DNA of 64,000 nucleotides from Eledone cirrhosa (Eukaryota): contig OZ024742.1 in the NCBI GenBank assembly GCA_964016885.1, positions 272,428,001 to 272,492,000 on the forward strand, written 5' to 3'. This document shows positions 35,811 through 50,825 of the stretch, one piece after another. Made by a program: the position numbers and the translations under genes. The notes beneath the pieces are model-generated. The model did no database searches and was not told the origin of the DNA. It worked only from the letters and a program-made list of their open reading frames with translations. Position 1 is the first letter of the stretch. Each line of letters opens with the position of its first letter.

Positions 35811-37930
35811 GGAGTGAAGTCCATCAAATATGTCTGCAAGTACATCAATAAAGGCTCAGATACTGCTATGTTGGCCTGCAGCAAGATGGCAATCGGGATG
35901 AAGTTACACAGTACCAATGGGGTAGGTACATAAGCAGTAACGAGGCCTTCTGGCGCTTTTTCGGTTTCCCCTTGCATCAAAGGGACCCACTCATCCAACA
36001 ACTTACTGTTCACCTTGAAAACAGTCAACTCGTATACTTCGCTGCTTCGACTGCTGCTCGATTGTTCGAGAAACCGAAGTATACTACCCTCACTGCCTTC
36101 TTTAACCTTTGTCAAGTCTATCCATTCGCCCAAACTTGCTGTATCCACAGGTGCCGTCCTACTACATCTGGGAAAAAACAAATAGCAACGGAGGAAGAAT
36201 GGTCAAAACGTTGATGGATACACTGCCATTAAATTTGACAGTTGCCTCGGGAGAGTTTACACAGTTCATCCAAGAGTGTTTCTACCTTCGTTTGCTACTT
36301 CATCAGGTTAGAGGACGAACGTCGTACCAACATTTGAAAACAGTCAACGGTCGGCGTTGCGCTACTTTCAGAGAGGCCTGCTTAAGATATGGAGTGTTAG
36401 AAGACTGCGCACAGTGGGATGCTATGCTCGCAGAGGCTGTCGTTTCACAGTCGCTGAAAAGTCTCAGCGCTCTCTTTGCAATGTTTCTGCACATTTGCGA
36501 AGTCTCAGATCCCGTCTCTCTGTGGTTGAAGTATAGAGATGCCCTAGCGGAAGACTTTTACCACCAAGCACAATTGCCGTATCCTAGTCTTGATGCTGCC
36601 AGTGACGACGTCTACAACTGTGCTTTGATTGACGTGGAAAACAGGACTGTTTCACTGGGTGGGAATACTTTGCCAACGTACGGGCTGCCGCAATCAGTAC
36701 GGTCAGGGATTGTTAACCTTCCGACAGAGCTCATTCGCGAAACAGCCTATGATATTGACGCTCTTGCCCAATACATCCGTGAACAGAGCCAAAACCCCTT
36801 CCGGGATAGCAGTGGCTCTACAACACTATTTTCGACCATGTTCACAACCGTGTGTAACTAAGCTTTTTAGCCAATGTGAGTCAGCGCAAGGACATCGCGT
36901 TAGCCGTGGTATCCTCTGGTATTGCTGCAACTTTGTTACCCGGATGTAGGAAAGCGCACTCAGCCTTTTTAAGCTCCCCCTGAACTTGGCAACATCCGAA
37001 ACACAGGTGTCACCCTTCCGCAGACCCTTCCCGTTATTCCCAAGGGATCCAAGGCAGATGCAGTCCTCTCCGTTGTGGCAAAAGGTAACAACGGTGTCCC
37101 TGACAACTAACATGAGAGCCCAACTTCACGGCGACCAACTAGCAGCAGAGTTTGCTTAGGATATTTTGTCACTTGGCGATGGCAAGATCACTCTCGATGG
37201 AGATGGTGAATTGACACTCAGTCCGATTTGTACCACTGTCAACACAGTCGCGGACCTCAAGGCTCAAGTGTTTCCCAGTCTTCCTGATAACTACCAAGAC
37301 GTGAATTGGTTATGCGAAAGAGCTACTTTAGCTCCTAAAAACATCACAGTGAACGTTATCAACGAGCAATTGTTGCAATCTCTTCCTGGAAGGCTGCATA
37401 TTTACAATTCCCTTGATACAGTCCCCGACCAAGACCAAGCGGTATACTACCCTGTTGAATTCCTCAATTCGCTAGAGCCTACTGGACTGCCTCCTCATAG
37501 ACTGGGACTAAAAATTGGAACTCCAATAATGCTTCTTAGGGATTTGACCCTCCAAAACTTTGCAAAGGCACACATCTGGTTATAAAGAAGTTAATGCTGC
37601 ACGTCGTTGAAACCACCATTGTTTCAGGGTGTGGAAAAGGAGAGGATGTGTTCGTCCCCAGAATAGCGCTCATTCTATCAGGTGCAGAAATACCGTTTAG
37701 CTTCAGATGCCTTCAATTTCTGCTTCGCATAAGTTTTGCTATGTCTATCAACAAGTCCCAGGGGCAGACACTTTCGGCGGCAGGACTTCACTTGGTAGAA
37801 TCATGCTTCTCATACGGTCAACTATACGTAATGCTGCTCCAGAGTGGGGAGCAAAGGGAATCTTTTCGCGAACACTCCACGATGGAAACAAAAGAACATT
37901 GTCTACAAAGAGGTTTTACGCCAAGATGTC
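35811..37930 (+). mobile_element. Second Helitron Rep/helicase remnant, opposite orientation
   Basis: SIKYVCKYINKGSD, LTVHLEN, TTLTAFF, ECFYLRLLL, WLCERATLAPKN, PPHRLGLKIGTPIMLLR, FAMSINKSQGQT and FSYGQLYV. Frameshifted, with internal deletions. Confidence 0.88.
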
Positions 37931-38939
37931 ATGTGTGCTCAAACGGACTATATCAAGGTAAGGTTTTATACTACTACCCCATATACAATTTCGTATTTAC
38001 ACCTGCATACTACCATCCTTCCTGAATTCGGAAACAACCACAGGCAGGAGGAATGACCAGAAAGAGCTCGGATGAAACCTTCCACAGTTTATCACCATAT
38101 CAAATGGTCACTGCTATATGCTCCGCAGATTGACACGTTGTAAGCAATGTCAATCTTACTGCTGCTACATAGGACTGCCATTACCATCCGCATTAGTCAT
38201 TTTATTGAAGGAGAAACAGAAGGGTCTTGAATTTGCCGTCCAAAAACCCCATTGACAATAACGAAAACCGCTAAAATCAACGCAGAATGATACATTGTAC
38301 GTGGCTTTAACCCGTCTTTTATTAATCAAATAACCTCTTGCTAATAAACATTAACACTTTGTGCGCCATTCATCTAACTGTAGACCAACAAATACTAACT
38401 AAACGGAACGTTGACAAGAACGATGGTTAATGAATCGTCGAGGAAAACAGATTCCTCCCGAGCTGTTGGTTCACGCCGGATTCTCTGCTACACCTTTTCG
38501 TAATAATACCGAACAACGTACTGCTGGTGAATCCTGCCTCCTAAAGCCGTACAAAGCGGACTTGTGCATCGGGCAGATGGATCGGGTGCACATCTACATA
38601 AGGCCTACCCGAGAAATTCGCAAGGGACTGCACTGAGAGGGATATAGAGAAAGGGTAATTTACTGGAAAGAATGTGAAAGAAATGTTGAGGTAAGTAGCC
38701 TATGCATTACTGCTATGACACTGGAACCTTCTGCCAACTTAACCTGTCACTTTCTCTTTCACATTTACTCCAATAGGCCAAAAGAGAGGAGTATGAAAAG
38801 AAGGGGCTCAACAATATGTCTATGAACAATGCACGTAGACAGCTTAACAGTACTTTCAACTTCTTCATTTTCTCAAAATAAAACAAAATCCCTGTCGGTA
38901 TATTTTCGTGAATTTATAACAGGCTCACAGTGCTATTAC

Positions 38940-41050
38940 CAATGTTCTTACCCGTGCATATGAAGGTTAAAAACAAGAATGGGTATGCATGTGACGACGC
39001 TGCATGAATCTCTTGGCTGTTAACCCTATGTAGGCCCTACGGGATGTGGGTGTTTCAACCTTACATTTGTAGACAATGTTACTAGAGAGGCATTTCCCGG
39101 ATAGGGGGCAGTCAACCCAATTCCTACAGTTACAGTTAGTACTAGCTACAGTGTTGCACGTGTTCCTACGGCTAGGTAATTTAGCTAAATTTGAAGCAGT
39201 GATGTTATATGCAATGTTAGGAGTCGTAGAATAAGAAATATTAATGGTATTTCTATTAAAAATGTTATTATATTTATGTGCTGCGGGGAAATGCTTCATA
39301 ATAAGGGAGAGAAAGATCTTAGCTAATGGTGTGGCCACCTCCATATTATATGGTGTGTTATACAATATAATGCGTCGGGATCTATTTTTCCTAGGTCTAT
39401 GCTCATACTCGGTATATGCTACCTTATCGACAAATCCACTTCGAGCAAGAGCTTAATTGTAATACGGGGAATGATCAGTGAAAATATGCTCGTTTGTAGA
39501 TATACGGGAAAGCCTCAAAGAAACGTTTCTTACCAAGTTCTTGGTTATGTTGGCAGGATGGTCAGAATGCTTCCTTATGTAATTAAGTGTATCATTCGAC
39601 TTTCTATACGGGTAGTGCAAGCCATTTGACAAATTGAGGGTGACGTCGAGGTAATTAACGACCGAGAGGATGGCCTCAACCTGTATGGAGAGGTTGAAGC
39701 CTTTAAATACGGCAGTGAGTTCTTTTCTGAACCTGTGGCAAGCGCGTGGGCCGCACTTTGTCATGCTCAACAGATCGTCATCACGGTGCAAACAACCGCC
39801 TTCGTTCGGAAATTCTTCCTCGATAGAGAAAAGAAGGAAAAGGCCGATAAAAGCAGTAACCTCCGCAGAATCGCTGGCGCCCATACTCATGTCGAATGTG
39901 GTACTATTAGAATTTTTAAATCCAATTAGAGTCGTCAAAATTAATCACCGACTTACGGGCATTGAGGATGACATCAACTTCGTGAGCGTTTTAGCTGAAT
40001 TGATAGCTCTAAGAAGAAGTGGTAAAGTGATGGAGGAGTAGTAATTATTGATGTCGAATTGGATAAAATGGCAATGTTCCTTGTTGCATATGCCGTTGAA
40101 CCAATCAATCGCCACGAAAGTATTGTTCTACAGTGCAAGAGGGGCCAAGCTTCTAATTTCAGGTATAATTCTATCTAAAATCCTTTTACTAAGTCTACCT
40201 AAATAGGACTTCGTAGGGTTAATAAGCCGAATAGAGGGGTTTTTAGGGAAATTGGATTTGTGATATTTCAGGGTAGAGTGGGGAGAAATAGGATCCAGAG
40301 CTTCGGGTCGGTACAGGATTTTGAGATCAGACGTGATATTAAACCCAGCATCGTTGATTTCATAAATTAGTTTTATAGTAATCCTTAGTTACAGCATTAT
40401 GTATCAGTTGATGGTAAGTACTGCGCTCCACTTGATATAGATTGTCAGTTTTGTCGGAGTGGATGAGCACAGCATTAGAATCCTTTATAGAACGAATTCT
40501 ATTCTTCAGGTCCTGCTGGGAGGAATTGCTCCTATTCCGAAATTTGATACTCCGTATGAGTTCAATACATCATTTTCGAAGGGTTGCAATGCTGGGTTAC
40601 TCGGAGAGTTATTATAGGTTTTAAACCCACATGTATCCTGTTTGTTGTCCGCTTTTCCCTGATTATAGAAATAAAAGGCACGCCAACGCAACCTTTTAAT
40701 GAACGAGTCTGTTTTCTATATCAGAAGTTTTAGGTATATCTTCCTGCTTGGTACGGGTATGTTCTTTGTAGAAATATTCAGATGTTTTTTCTGGTGATGA
40801 ATAGAAGTCAATATAGTGCTCAACCGAGGGAGCCAAATAGTAATCATAATAAATTTGAAGACTATAATCCAAAGAGGGCTCGACAAGGATAAATATATAT
40901 TAAATATATAAGAACAGTAGAGACAATATTTATTAAAATAAAAGATTAAAGTTTAAGCAAAGAATCGCTGCTTTCAACCTTAACGGGATCTTCTAAGGTT
41001 AAAAAAAACCAATCTGTGAACGCAGAAGTAAATATTTCGAAAAAAGTTGT
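38940..41050 (-). mobile_element. Penelope-like element, Naiad-like (RT plus GIY-YIG), decayed, with pseudo-LTR at ~40800-41050
   Basis: N-terminal RWRAFYF...GFKT. RT motifs FDMSMGASDSAEV...LHRDDDL, VNYLDVTLNL and SDHP. Endonuclease CNCRNWVDCPLSGKCLSSNIVYKC...YIGLTAKRF. Confidence 0.88.
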
Positions 41051-41423
41051 AACCGAAGGAAGACAGGAAGACGATACTTTGGTTCGTGGAGACGTTCCCT
41101 TGCAAAGAACGGAAAATTGCGAAGATAATACGTCATTATTTGGTGCGTGACAACAATTGCACGCACAGACAAAACCACGTTTTTGGTATGAATGATGTCG
41201 TAGACTAAAATTATATTTAGGAAGCCGAATGCTTTTCAGCATCAAAGTAAAAAATAATGTAAATAAATGACAGAGGTTATTGAAATCAACAATAATTAAA
41301 TATATACATGCACGCATCCATACACCTACATATACATGCATACGCGAAAACACCTACCAAGTGTATGCAAACATAAGCATGTACACAAAAACCCAGGCAA
41401 CGCCTCTACCCGCGCACATACGA

Positions 41424-41630
<207 letters not shown>

Positions 41631-42046
41631 TGTGTGTGTCTGTGTGCGTGTATACATATAATTATATAAACGTATATAAATATATACACATAAATGCGTA
41701 TATAACGCTCGCACATACGTACCTACACGTAAATACACATATGTTCGCTAAACCTACATCAACCAAAACACAAAGTACACATATACACACATCCTACATA
41801 CGTGCAAACCCACATATACACACAAACTCACGTATTCACATAACCATATACACATGTACCATTATATATGATATAATATATACGCCTATAAAAAGTACAA
41901 GCGAATATACGCACGAGAAAGTATACGTACCTTTACAAAACATGCAGGTAACATATACTTACCTATACAAATAAGTAATAGTATAAACGCAAAATATGCT
42001 TAGCTACCACATCAAGACGTAAAACTATCCGCGTCACAATTTTTTT

Positions 42047-42767
<721 letters not shown>

Positions 42768-42805
42768 TATATATATATATGTATATATGTATATATAGAT
42801 ATATG

Positions 42806-42830
<25 letters not shown>

Positions 42831-42838
<8 letters not shown>

Positions 42839-43244
42839 ATACTTGGGGAGGGTCATATTTGTGTAATATTGCCAGATTTAATAACAGAACACACTCACTG
42901 TTTGGTTGGTTTTCGCTTCTCCCTTCTGTGTCTTTTATATCGGTAATCTAATTTACTCGGTCCTCAATGTTGCCATTGACTGACCGACGGTCAAAAATAA
43001 TACAGATACAATATAGACACAAACACATATATATAGTTTATCATAAATCTTTCGTTGCACATCTGCAACATCGTCTTATTTTTGACCGTCGGTCAGTCAA
43101 TGGCAACATTGAGGACCGAGTAAGTTAGATTACCGATATAAAAGACACAGAAGCGATTCTGGCAATATTACACAAATATGACCCTCCCCAAGTATAACAA
43201 TATTTGTTTCGACACACGATTTCATATAAAAAAACATCGCAAAA

Positions 43245-43249
<5 letters not shown>
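42831..43249. repeat. Fold-back (internally inverted) copy of an unclassified repeat; direct copy at ~50264-50540
   Basis: 42831-42875 vs 43158-43203 and 42923-43000 vs 43077-43153 are near-perfect inverted pairs. Confidence 0.85.
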
Positions 43250-43334
<85 letters not shown>

Positions 43335-43335
<1 letters not shown>

Positions 43336-44120
43336 CCAAAGATTAATATGGTTCATTGATTACTCAATGAATAGTTTTACAATAGATTAAAAGCACTCAA
43401 CAGTTAAAGTTTTTGGAGTTTTTAATATTATTCAAAATATTAACAAATGAAGATATTCACATAATCAAAATATATGCTTTATTATATATATTTCGAAGGT
43501 ATTGTGTTGTTTTTTTCAGTACGTCTTCGTCAGATAATATATATGATTTGATATATGACATTCCTCTACGGTCTTGATATTTCAATTCCTGTATTGGCAA
43601 TGATTTATTTCATGAAATCTCAACATTTATATACCACAAATAATAATATAATAAACATAAAGAAGAAAAGGACGTGGAGCGCATTATAGATATAAGAGAG
43701 TGTGTAAAGTGGATGGAAGGCAAGAAAAAAAGAAAGAAAGAAAATAAGAAAAAAATAAAAATAAATAAATACATACATAAATATTTAAGTGATTAAAAAT
43801 AAATAAATGGAAGAAATAAATAAGAGGAAGAAGAAAGGAGAAAAAACAACAAAAGAGCGGAGACATAAAATATATGTGGGGATAGATAGAAATAACGGTT
43901 GTTTTTTAAATATTAGGTCAATTGAGCCAACCAATCAATTACCATAAACCATTGAATATCTGTTATATTTGATTATAGTTAATCTAATTATACATATATA
44001 TTATATGAAAATTAATCAATATACATTACTTTTTATAGCCGTGACATAATTGGTTTAATTAAAAATTTAAATAATTAATTCAATTCATTATAGATTATAA
44101 TTTTTGGTTTAGGTAATATA
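43335..44120 (-). mobile_element. Probable solo Penelope pseudo-LTR with degenerate hammerhead (43479-43537); boundaries approximate
   Basis: Shares aaagcactc...tttggagt with 46646-46672. The minus strand has CTGACGA...GAAATATATATA, like the hammerhead at 46719-46784. Confidence 0.5.
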
Positions 44121-44942
44121 TTCCTTTACACACACACACACACACACACACCCACATACACACACACACGCACACACACATATATATATATATACATATA
44201 TGCGCACCCATACTTACACACACACATATATATAAACACTCACACATTTGACTCTGTACTTTATATTAAACTGAGCCGGTGCAGTAGCCAGGACACGGTG
44301 GTTCAATTTCTATGTGTATACTCAATCCCGTATCACACATCACTAATACACACTGTTTCAGCCACAGTAACAGACACCGTTACAAAATGTTTTTTCCGTA
44401 CTACCTGCATATATGATTTTATGTAGTGTGTGTGTTTTCTCTACGTATTCCAGTATGTAACGTTTTATGTATATTTTTTCATGTACAACCCCATGTTTAT
44501 TTTTTTATATACTTTTTATGTATGTTTTAAGTATATCCAATACAGTGTTCCTATGAGCTTCCCATATGTAATTTTTTTCATAAGATTTCTGTATGTTGAT
44601 TATTTCACATTAGCACATTAATGCCAAATCAGTCAACATGTGCATCAAAATGTCTCTACACATACGTATATACCGCTATGTGAGAGGCTACGTGCATTCT
44701 TTGGCGTATTCCCCACAAGTACATTTTTGTATTTTTATGTATTTCTTCACGTACTCCCTGATATACAGCATCATATGCATGCCTCTATGCACTTTCCAAG
44801 TATTTTTGTACAGTTTCATTTCATATGTGTGCGTATGTGTGTGTGGGTGCGATTGTGTGAGTATGTACATATGTGTGTGTGTGTGAGTATATATATAGAT
44901 ACACGTGTATTTGTGTATGTATATGCATATATATATATATAC

Positions 44943-45000
<58 letters not shown>

Positions 45001-45833
45001 ATGTGTGTGTGTGTGTTTGTGTGTGTGTATGTGAGCAGACTTCACTGGCTGCATATGTAGGCGTGGATATATGTATGTCTGTGTATGTATGTGTGCGCAT
45101 ATATGTATATATATATATATATATATTTATGTTTGTGTGTGTGTAGATCTATGTATATATGTGGGTCCTTTATGTGTACGTGCCTGCGTATGTCTGTGTA
45201 TGCATGTACCTATACATGCGGATTGAATATATGTATATTACAAATGTGAACGCAAACGAATGAGCTGTGTTTGTGTGTGTCCCCGCATAGGTAAGTGTGC
45301 GTTCAATGGCTCGGAATGTCTGTATATGTGTGAGCACACGTGTGTCGGTGTATATATGTAGGTTGATGGCAAGCTAGGGAGTGGCAAGGCAGTTCAAAAA
45401 ACCTCGCCCAAATAGGAGTAAATTGTAGGTGACATAATTAAGGTGTGACAGCCTACGCCTAAATGGAAATGGTCAGTGGACAAATTTGATTGGTCAAATA
45501 CACATATGACGTCTCGATCTATCAACCAGTCCATGGGAAGCGCAAACAGGATGATGGCAGATGATAGATATTCGAAAGGCCGGCGTCCAGCAGAAAGAGG
45601 ACTTGCTTCGAAATAACTAGACGTATCTGAGGAACTTGCGAATCCACAGTTAGGTTCGATCACAAACAGGTCGCACCCCCAGCTGTTCGCCGGGGAAACA
45701 ATGGTAATACATAAGAAATTGTGTTCCGATGCATCACTGATTCTTCGTTTTCCATATTATTATACCCTGCTCTGAAGGAGCAGAGAGAGTTCAACCGGTA
45801 TACCTCCTATGGAAGCATTCAAGCAACCTTACT

Positions 45834-45881
<48 letters not shown>

Positions 45882-46556
45882 CTGTGTGCTTCTTGCTCAT
45901 AATAATTTCTATACTTTTCACTTATATTTATACTCGGATTTCTTTCCTAGAGTGCTTAAAATTATTTTTGACTAATCCCGGTCTTTTTAAAAAAATAAAA
46001 CCGCGATAATATTGCTTTTTGATGAACTCCTTATTGTTAAGTTTTTTCGGAATGTTTTTGACTGTTATCTCATGTAAACAAACATTCGTTTCATTCTAAC
46101 GTCACCAGCCCTGTCTCTACATGTGCGTTTTATTTTCATAATTACGCATGATGTCGAACTAGCCTGCTTTTAAATTCCCTTTTTGGCATATTATAATCAG
46201 TGAGATTCTGGTTATCGTGTTGAGCTTTGCTGATGATCGAATCCAACCGTGACCAACCCCACTGAAAGTTTCGTGAACTAGTCTTTTCCAGACTATACAG
46301 ATCATTTGTAGTTTTTCCAAATTGAAGGATGAGTGTTTTAAACTTTATTTTATTCTGAGTTAAGGCTCTATTGATTTTTCCCTGAATTTCACTAAATTCT
46401 GTTGGATGAATCTATATACTGATTCTTTTTGAATTGAGTTTGAATTATTTTTCCCACATCTTACGTTAACTATTTTCACATTTTGACGCTATAGTCACTT
46501 ATATATTATGAAATACCTTGTGCTTCTTGCTCATAATAATTTCTATACTTTTCATT

Positions 46557-46591
<35 letters not shown>

Positions 46592-46718
46592 AAAGTTATA
46601 TTTAAATTGTTGGGTTACAACTAGTAAATATTTATAACTGATATAAAAGCACTCGACAAGTATTTGGAGTATATTTACGATATTAAATAAATGGAAACTA
46701 TATTTATAAAACCATATT

Positions 46719-46784
46719 TATTTCATTATATATATTTCAGGGATATCATATTAACAATATGCTATGCCTTCCTCAGACAAAATA
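46719..46784 (-). ncRNA. Minimal type I hammerhead ribozyme
   Basis: Stem I TATTTTGT/ATGAAATA, core CTGAGGA, stem II AGG-ATA-CATATT/AATATG-TAT-CCT, GAAA, a short self-complementary stem III (TATATA) and a UA cleavage site. Confidence 0.65.
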
Positions 46785-49700
46785 CAATATAAACAGTTTT
46801 ATAGATAAATAGATTTGACATACCGTACAACATCGACTTGTATTTGAAAAGTTGAATTGGCAGTAAAAAAATTGTACACAGAGAGAAAGAAAGAGAGAAA
46901 AAAAAGAAAAGAAAGACAGAAAACGAAGAAAAAGAAGAAAAAGAAGAAATGCATGGAACAAAATAGAGAGATGGAAAGATAGATAAAGAGAAGAACTTCA
47001 TGTAAAGAAACAGAGAGAGATATATATATATAGAGAGAGAGGAAATAGAGATAGATATATATATAGAAAACTAGGTAGTTAGACATCCGTTGAGTAAACG
47101 TATCAATGATACATTTATTTATTTATTTATTTATTTAGCTCTAGTATTAATGTAAGGGAGATATATGTGGTTAGGAGAGAAACCAGCTGTTATATAAAAA
47201 GAAAAAAATTAAAAGTAACCAGACATAGGCGAGGCATAAAAACCCTATGTTTTAATGTAGAGGTGTTAGTATGTATAAAAACCAGCCACTATATTGTAAA
47301 TATCAGTATTCCTGAATGAGACATGTATCCATAATGTGTGAAAAGTAATGATCTTATGTTTAGTTTTTTAAAAAAATTCATATGTTTATGTGATAACTAC
47401 AAACATCTATGTGAATTTACATGATCAACTCTGCAAACCCTAAGTTCACGGAAAACATTCTCATTTGCTATAAAAATTTAAGTATACATATATGTGTATA
47501 TATATACACACATATATATATAGAGTCTATATTACTACTATTCTTGTCTTTACTCTACAAGATTATCTATCAAGCAGAAATAGAGAGCAGATTTCAATAT
47601 ATTAATAAAAAAATATATATCAGAAACAAAAACCAAAAAACAACAATAATAATAATAATAATAAATAATAATAAAATAGAAAACTAAAAAATATTACGAA
47701 AGAATATTACATATTAAAAATATTACATATTAAAAATAAAAATATTAGAAAATACTACAATAATAAAAATAAACCACAAAGATCAACCCTTCACAATTAA
47801 TTGACAATATATTGCCAAGTTCATTATAAGCATCAGAGTCGAAAAACAGATAAAGCTAAAAATGATTTATCAAATCGCATCTAGCAAAAATCATTTCAAA
47901 AAGTTTAGGATGCCCATTTGGTCTACATGTATTCTTATATTTAATATAGAAGTTTATCTAGTGTAACGTTTATTCGAAATATTTGGAGCATCAACTTTTA
48001 GGGTAGTTTAATTTTTCATGAAGAATGTTTAAATAAAAATAAAAATAAAAAGAATAAAAAGAAGAAATCGAAAGATTTATCGGCCAGTTTCCCATATAAT
48101 TATAAATCAAACTAAATATACTACATTTTAAATTTAAATTTATATTTAAAAGTTGAGTTTAATCTATGTTTGCAGCAACTGAATAAATTTGTCCGTAGAT
48201 TAAGGGAATTTTTAGATTTTAGTATAAAGAATATCTCTTCTGCGCAGAGGTCACATGTCTCAGAGGATGAATTAAAAGGAATCCCTCTTGAGACTATATT
48301 CCAAGCCGTCGAATATCTAACGTTATCTAGCTTAAGTTGCCAGAGTACGCCTGATAGTGCCGTTGAAGATTTTTTGCTTGGATCTGTGAAAGAATTCTTG
48401 TGGTTATTATAGCGAAGTTTAAATTCCGTCGATGTGGAACCGACGTAGTTAAAAGAATTAGAGTCAGTTTTAACATTACAATTGTATACTATATTTTTAA
48501 CTAATAATTTGGTTTGTCCCCCCTTTCTCACTAAACATTAAAACCCACATCGCTAAACTATTTTTTAAAGCTCTTGATAATCGCTTCCCTAGAACACATA
48601 GGTATCACTCAATTTTCAATAGACATACTATAAAATTAACCTACTCATCCACCAAAAATTTAGCACAAAATATTAATAGAATAAATAATAGGAACTTAAA
48701 ACCTAGTGATAATAGCATAAATAATATACAAGTTAACAAATGTAACTGTAGAGATAGATCTGAATGTCCGTTAAATAACAACTGCTTAGTTAAAAATATA
48801 GTATACAATTGTAATGTTAAAACTGACTCTAATTCTTTTAACTACGTCGGTTCCACATCGACGGAATTTAAACATTCTTCATGGAAAATTAAACTACCCT
48901 AAAAGTTGATGCTCCAAATATTTCGAATAAACGTTACACTAGATAAACTTCTATATTAAATATAAGAACACATGTAGACCAAATGGGCATCCTAAACTTT
49001 TTGAAATGATTTTTGCTAGATGCGATTTGATAAATCATTTTTAGCTTTATCTGTTTTTCGACTCTGATGCTTATAATGAACTTGCCAATATATTGTCAAT
49101 TAATTGTGAAGGGTTGATCTTTGTGGTTTATTTTTATTATTGTAGTATTTTCTAATATTTTTATTTTTAATATGTAATATTTTTAATATGTAATATTCTT
49201 TCGTAATATTTTTTAGTTTTCTATTTTATTATTATTTATTATTATTATTATTATTGTTGTTTTTTGGTTTTTGTTTCTGATATATATTTTTTTATTAATA
49301 TATTGAAATCTGCTCTCTATTTCTGCTTGATAGATAATCTTGTAGAGTAAAGACAAGAATAGTAGTAATATAGACTCTATATATATATGTGTGTATATAT
49401 ATACACATATATGTATACTTAAATTTTTATAGCACAATGAGAATGTTTTCCGTGAACTTAGGGTTTGCAGAGTTGATCATGTAAATTCACATAGATGTTT
49501 GTAGTTATCACATAAACATATGAATTTTTTTAAAAAACTAAACATAAGATCATTACTTTTCACACATTATGGATACATGTCTCATTCAGGAATACTGATA
49601 TTTACAATATAGTGGCTGGTTTTTATACATACTAATACCTCTACATTAAAACATAGGGTTTTTATGCCTCGCCTATGTCTGGTTACTTTTAATTTTTTTC

Positions 49701-50116
49701 TCTATATATAACAGCTGGTTTCTCTCCTAACCACATATATCTCCCTTACATTAATACTAGAGCTAAATAAATAAATAAATAAATAAATGTATCATTGATA
49801 CGTTTACTCAACGGATGTCCCACTACCTAGTTTTCTATATATATATCTATCTCTATTTCCTCTCTCTATATATATATATATCTCTCTCTGTTTCTTTACA
49901 TGAAGTTCTTCTCTTTATCTATCTTTCCATCTCTCTATTTTGTTCCATGCATTTCTTCTTTTTCTTCTTTTTCTTCGTTTTCTGTCTTTCTTTTCTTTTT
50001 TTTCTCTCTTTCTTTCTCTCTGTGTACAATTTTTTCACTGCCAATTCAACTTTTCAAATACAAGTCGATGTTGTACGGTATGTCAAATCTATTTATCTAT
50101 AAAACTGTTTATATTG

Positions 50117-50182
50117 TATTTTGTCTGAGGAAGGCATAGCATATTGTTAATATGATATCCTTGAAATATATATAATGAAATA
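50117..50182 (+). ncRNA. Minimal type I hammerhead ribozyme (inverted copy)
   Basis: CTGAGGA at 50125-50131 and GAAA at 50163-50166. One C>T change in stem II relative to the left copy gives a G-U pair. Confidence 0.62.
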
Positions 50183-50222
50183 AATATGGTTTTATAAATA
50201 TAGTTTCCATTTATTTAATATC

Positions 50223-50255
<33 letters not shown>

Positions 50256-50770
50256 GACAGTGATGAATTAGTTTTGCGAGGTTTTTTATATGAAATTGTG
50301 CGTCGAAACAGATACTGTTATACTTGGGGAGGGTCATATTGTTGTAATAATATTGCCAGAAATAATAAAAGATCACATTCACTGTTTGGTTGGTTTTCGC
50401 CTCTATTACTTTTATATCTCCATAGTTAATTTATTCGGAAATCAATGTTTATCATTGACTGACCAACAGTCAAAAATACAGATATAAATACATATATATA
50501 TAGTGTAACATTGTTCTTTCGTTGCACATCTGCAACATCATCAGTGGTACTATTATGTTTCCTCCTGTTGTATTGTATGTCTACGCCATTTTTATTTTAT
50601 ATGTTTATTTATTTAATTATATTTGTCTTCTCCTCTGCGCATGCGTTTATGTGTGTGTATAGTGTTTGGTGTGTATGTTCGCGTTTGGGTGAATGTGTTT
50701 TGCTTATTGTATTCTATTTTAGTTTATTAGTGTGTGTCTATATGTGTTTGTCGTTATTGTGCTTGTGCAT

Positions 50771-50825
<55 letters not shown>

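Larger units (their letters stand above)
46590..50225 (-). mobile_element. Penelope-like (Naiad-like) 3' fragment arranged as a ~3.5 kb inverted repeat
   Basis: GIY-YIG ORF 48121-48531 (NIVYNC...YVGSTSTEFKLRYNNH...CDLCAEE...LNLR...CKH). Arms 46676-48034 and 48866-50225 are near-identical reverse complements, as are 48418-48504 and 48786-48872. Confidence 0.88.

Noticed and set aside
32867-37930. Host PIF1 helicase gene
   Set aside because: Linked to Helitron Rep motifs and a Helitron 3' hairpin, intronless and heavily frameshifted.
46222-46280. CTGATGA...GAAA possible hammerhead
   Set aside because: The sequence between the boxes does not form a closing stem II and stem I is weak. At best a decayed remnant.
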